Shown here: positions 63,971 to 64,000 of the stretch, one piece after another | How positions within the stretch are numbered: the first letter of the stretch is position 1 | Layout of the letters: every line of letters starts with the position of its first letter | Assembly (NCBI GenBank): GCA_043811535.1 | Contig: JBDRNC010000017.1 | Location: 128,001-192,000 of the forward strand | DNA length: 64,000 nt | From: Elusimicrobiota bacterium | GTDB lineage: Bacteria; Elusimicrobiota; Endomicrobiia; Endomicrobiales; JBDRNC01 | Reading direction: 5' to 3' | The notes under the pieces: generated by a model | Seen by the model: only the letters and a program-made list of their open reading frames with translations | Database searches by the model: none | What the model was told of the DNA's origin: nothing | Made by a program: the position numbers and the translations under genes

Positions 63971-64000
63971 ATGGCAAAACTAAAAACAGGGCGCCACACG
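63971..64000 (+). CDS. rpsT: 30S ribosomal protein S20, partial (5' end)
   Basis: MAKLKTGRHT; strong promoter and SD; divergent from murJ, as in many bacteria. Confidence 0.65.
   Translation, partial: MAKLKTGRHT

Noticed and set aside
1..64000. tRNA/rRNA genes, prophage, integrase, transposase or defence systems
   Set aside because: All long ORFs are accounted for by other families, and no intergenic gap showed a tRNA cloverleaf or rRNA-like sequence on visual inspection; tRNAscan-SE/Infernal would confirm

Overview
A 64 kb chromosomal segment from a diderm (LPS-making) bacterium, probably Elusimicrobiota. That placement is an inference from the MAKLKTGRH-type S20 N-terminus, the pilin style and the gene content, not from a database search. 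Nearly all genes lie on the minus strand. Left to right: a surface-glycosylation module (SAM methyltransferase fragment, GT4, UPF0104 flippase-like, two YfhO-type GT-C, O-antigen-ligase/OTase-like with TPR) directly downstream of a type IVa pilus locus (pilQPONM, pilD, pilin, pilC, pilT, pilB-like); coaD, recG, rpmB; a PorV-like beta-barrel with a 7TM-PAS sensor; a lipid A/OM biogenesis cluster (msbA, lpxB, gnnA-like, lpxI, lpxA, lpxC-fabZ fusion, lpxD, skp, bamA, tamB); clpC-mcsB-mcsA, ilvE, lolD/E, lysS, an orphan receiver; prfB with a +1 frameshift; lnt; a GAF-GAF-ANTAR regulator; secA; a lipoate ligase, MGMT and lytic transglycosylase; an AT-rich GT-C/TPR gene; GNAT; a short uvrC; murJ; and the start of rpsT. 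Most notable: (1) the only PilB homologue in the locus has lost its Walker A Lys, Walker B Glu, Asp-box and Arg-finger residues but keeps MshEN and the Zn site, so it is a candidate c-di-GMP-binding pseudo-ATPase; (2) about ten intergenic gaps carry 7- or 8-mer tandem arrays, mostly followed by a reverse-complement array, with the unit varying between sites; (3) a pilus-linked glycosylation operon; (4) several sigma70 promoters placed to give leaderless mRNAs; (5) a multi-stem element just downstream of the ANTAR gene. No rRNA, tRNA, CRISPR array, integrase or transposase was seen.
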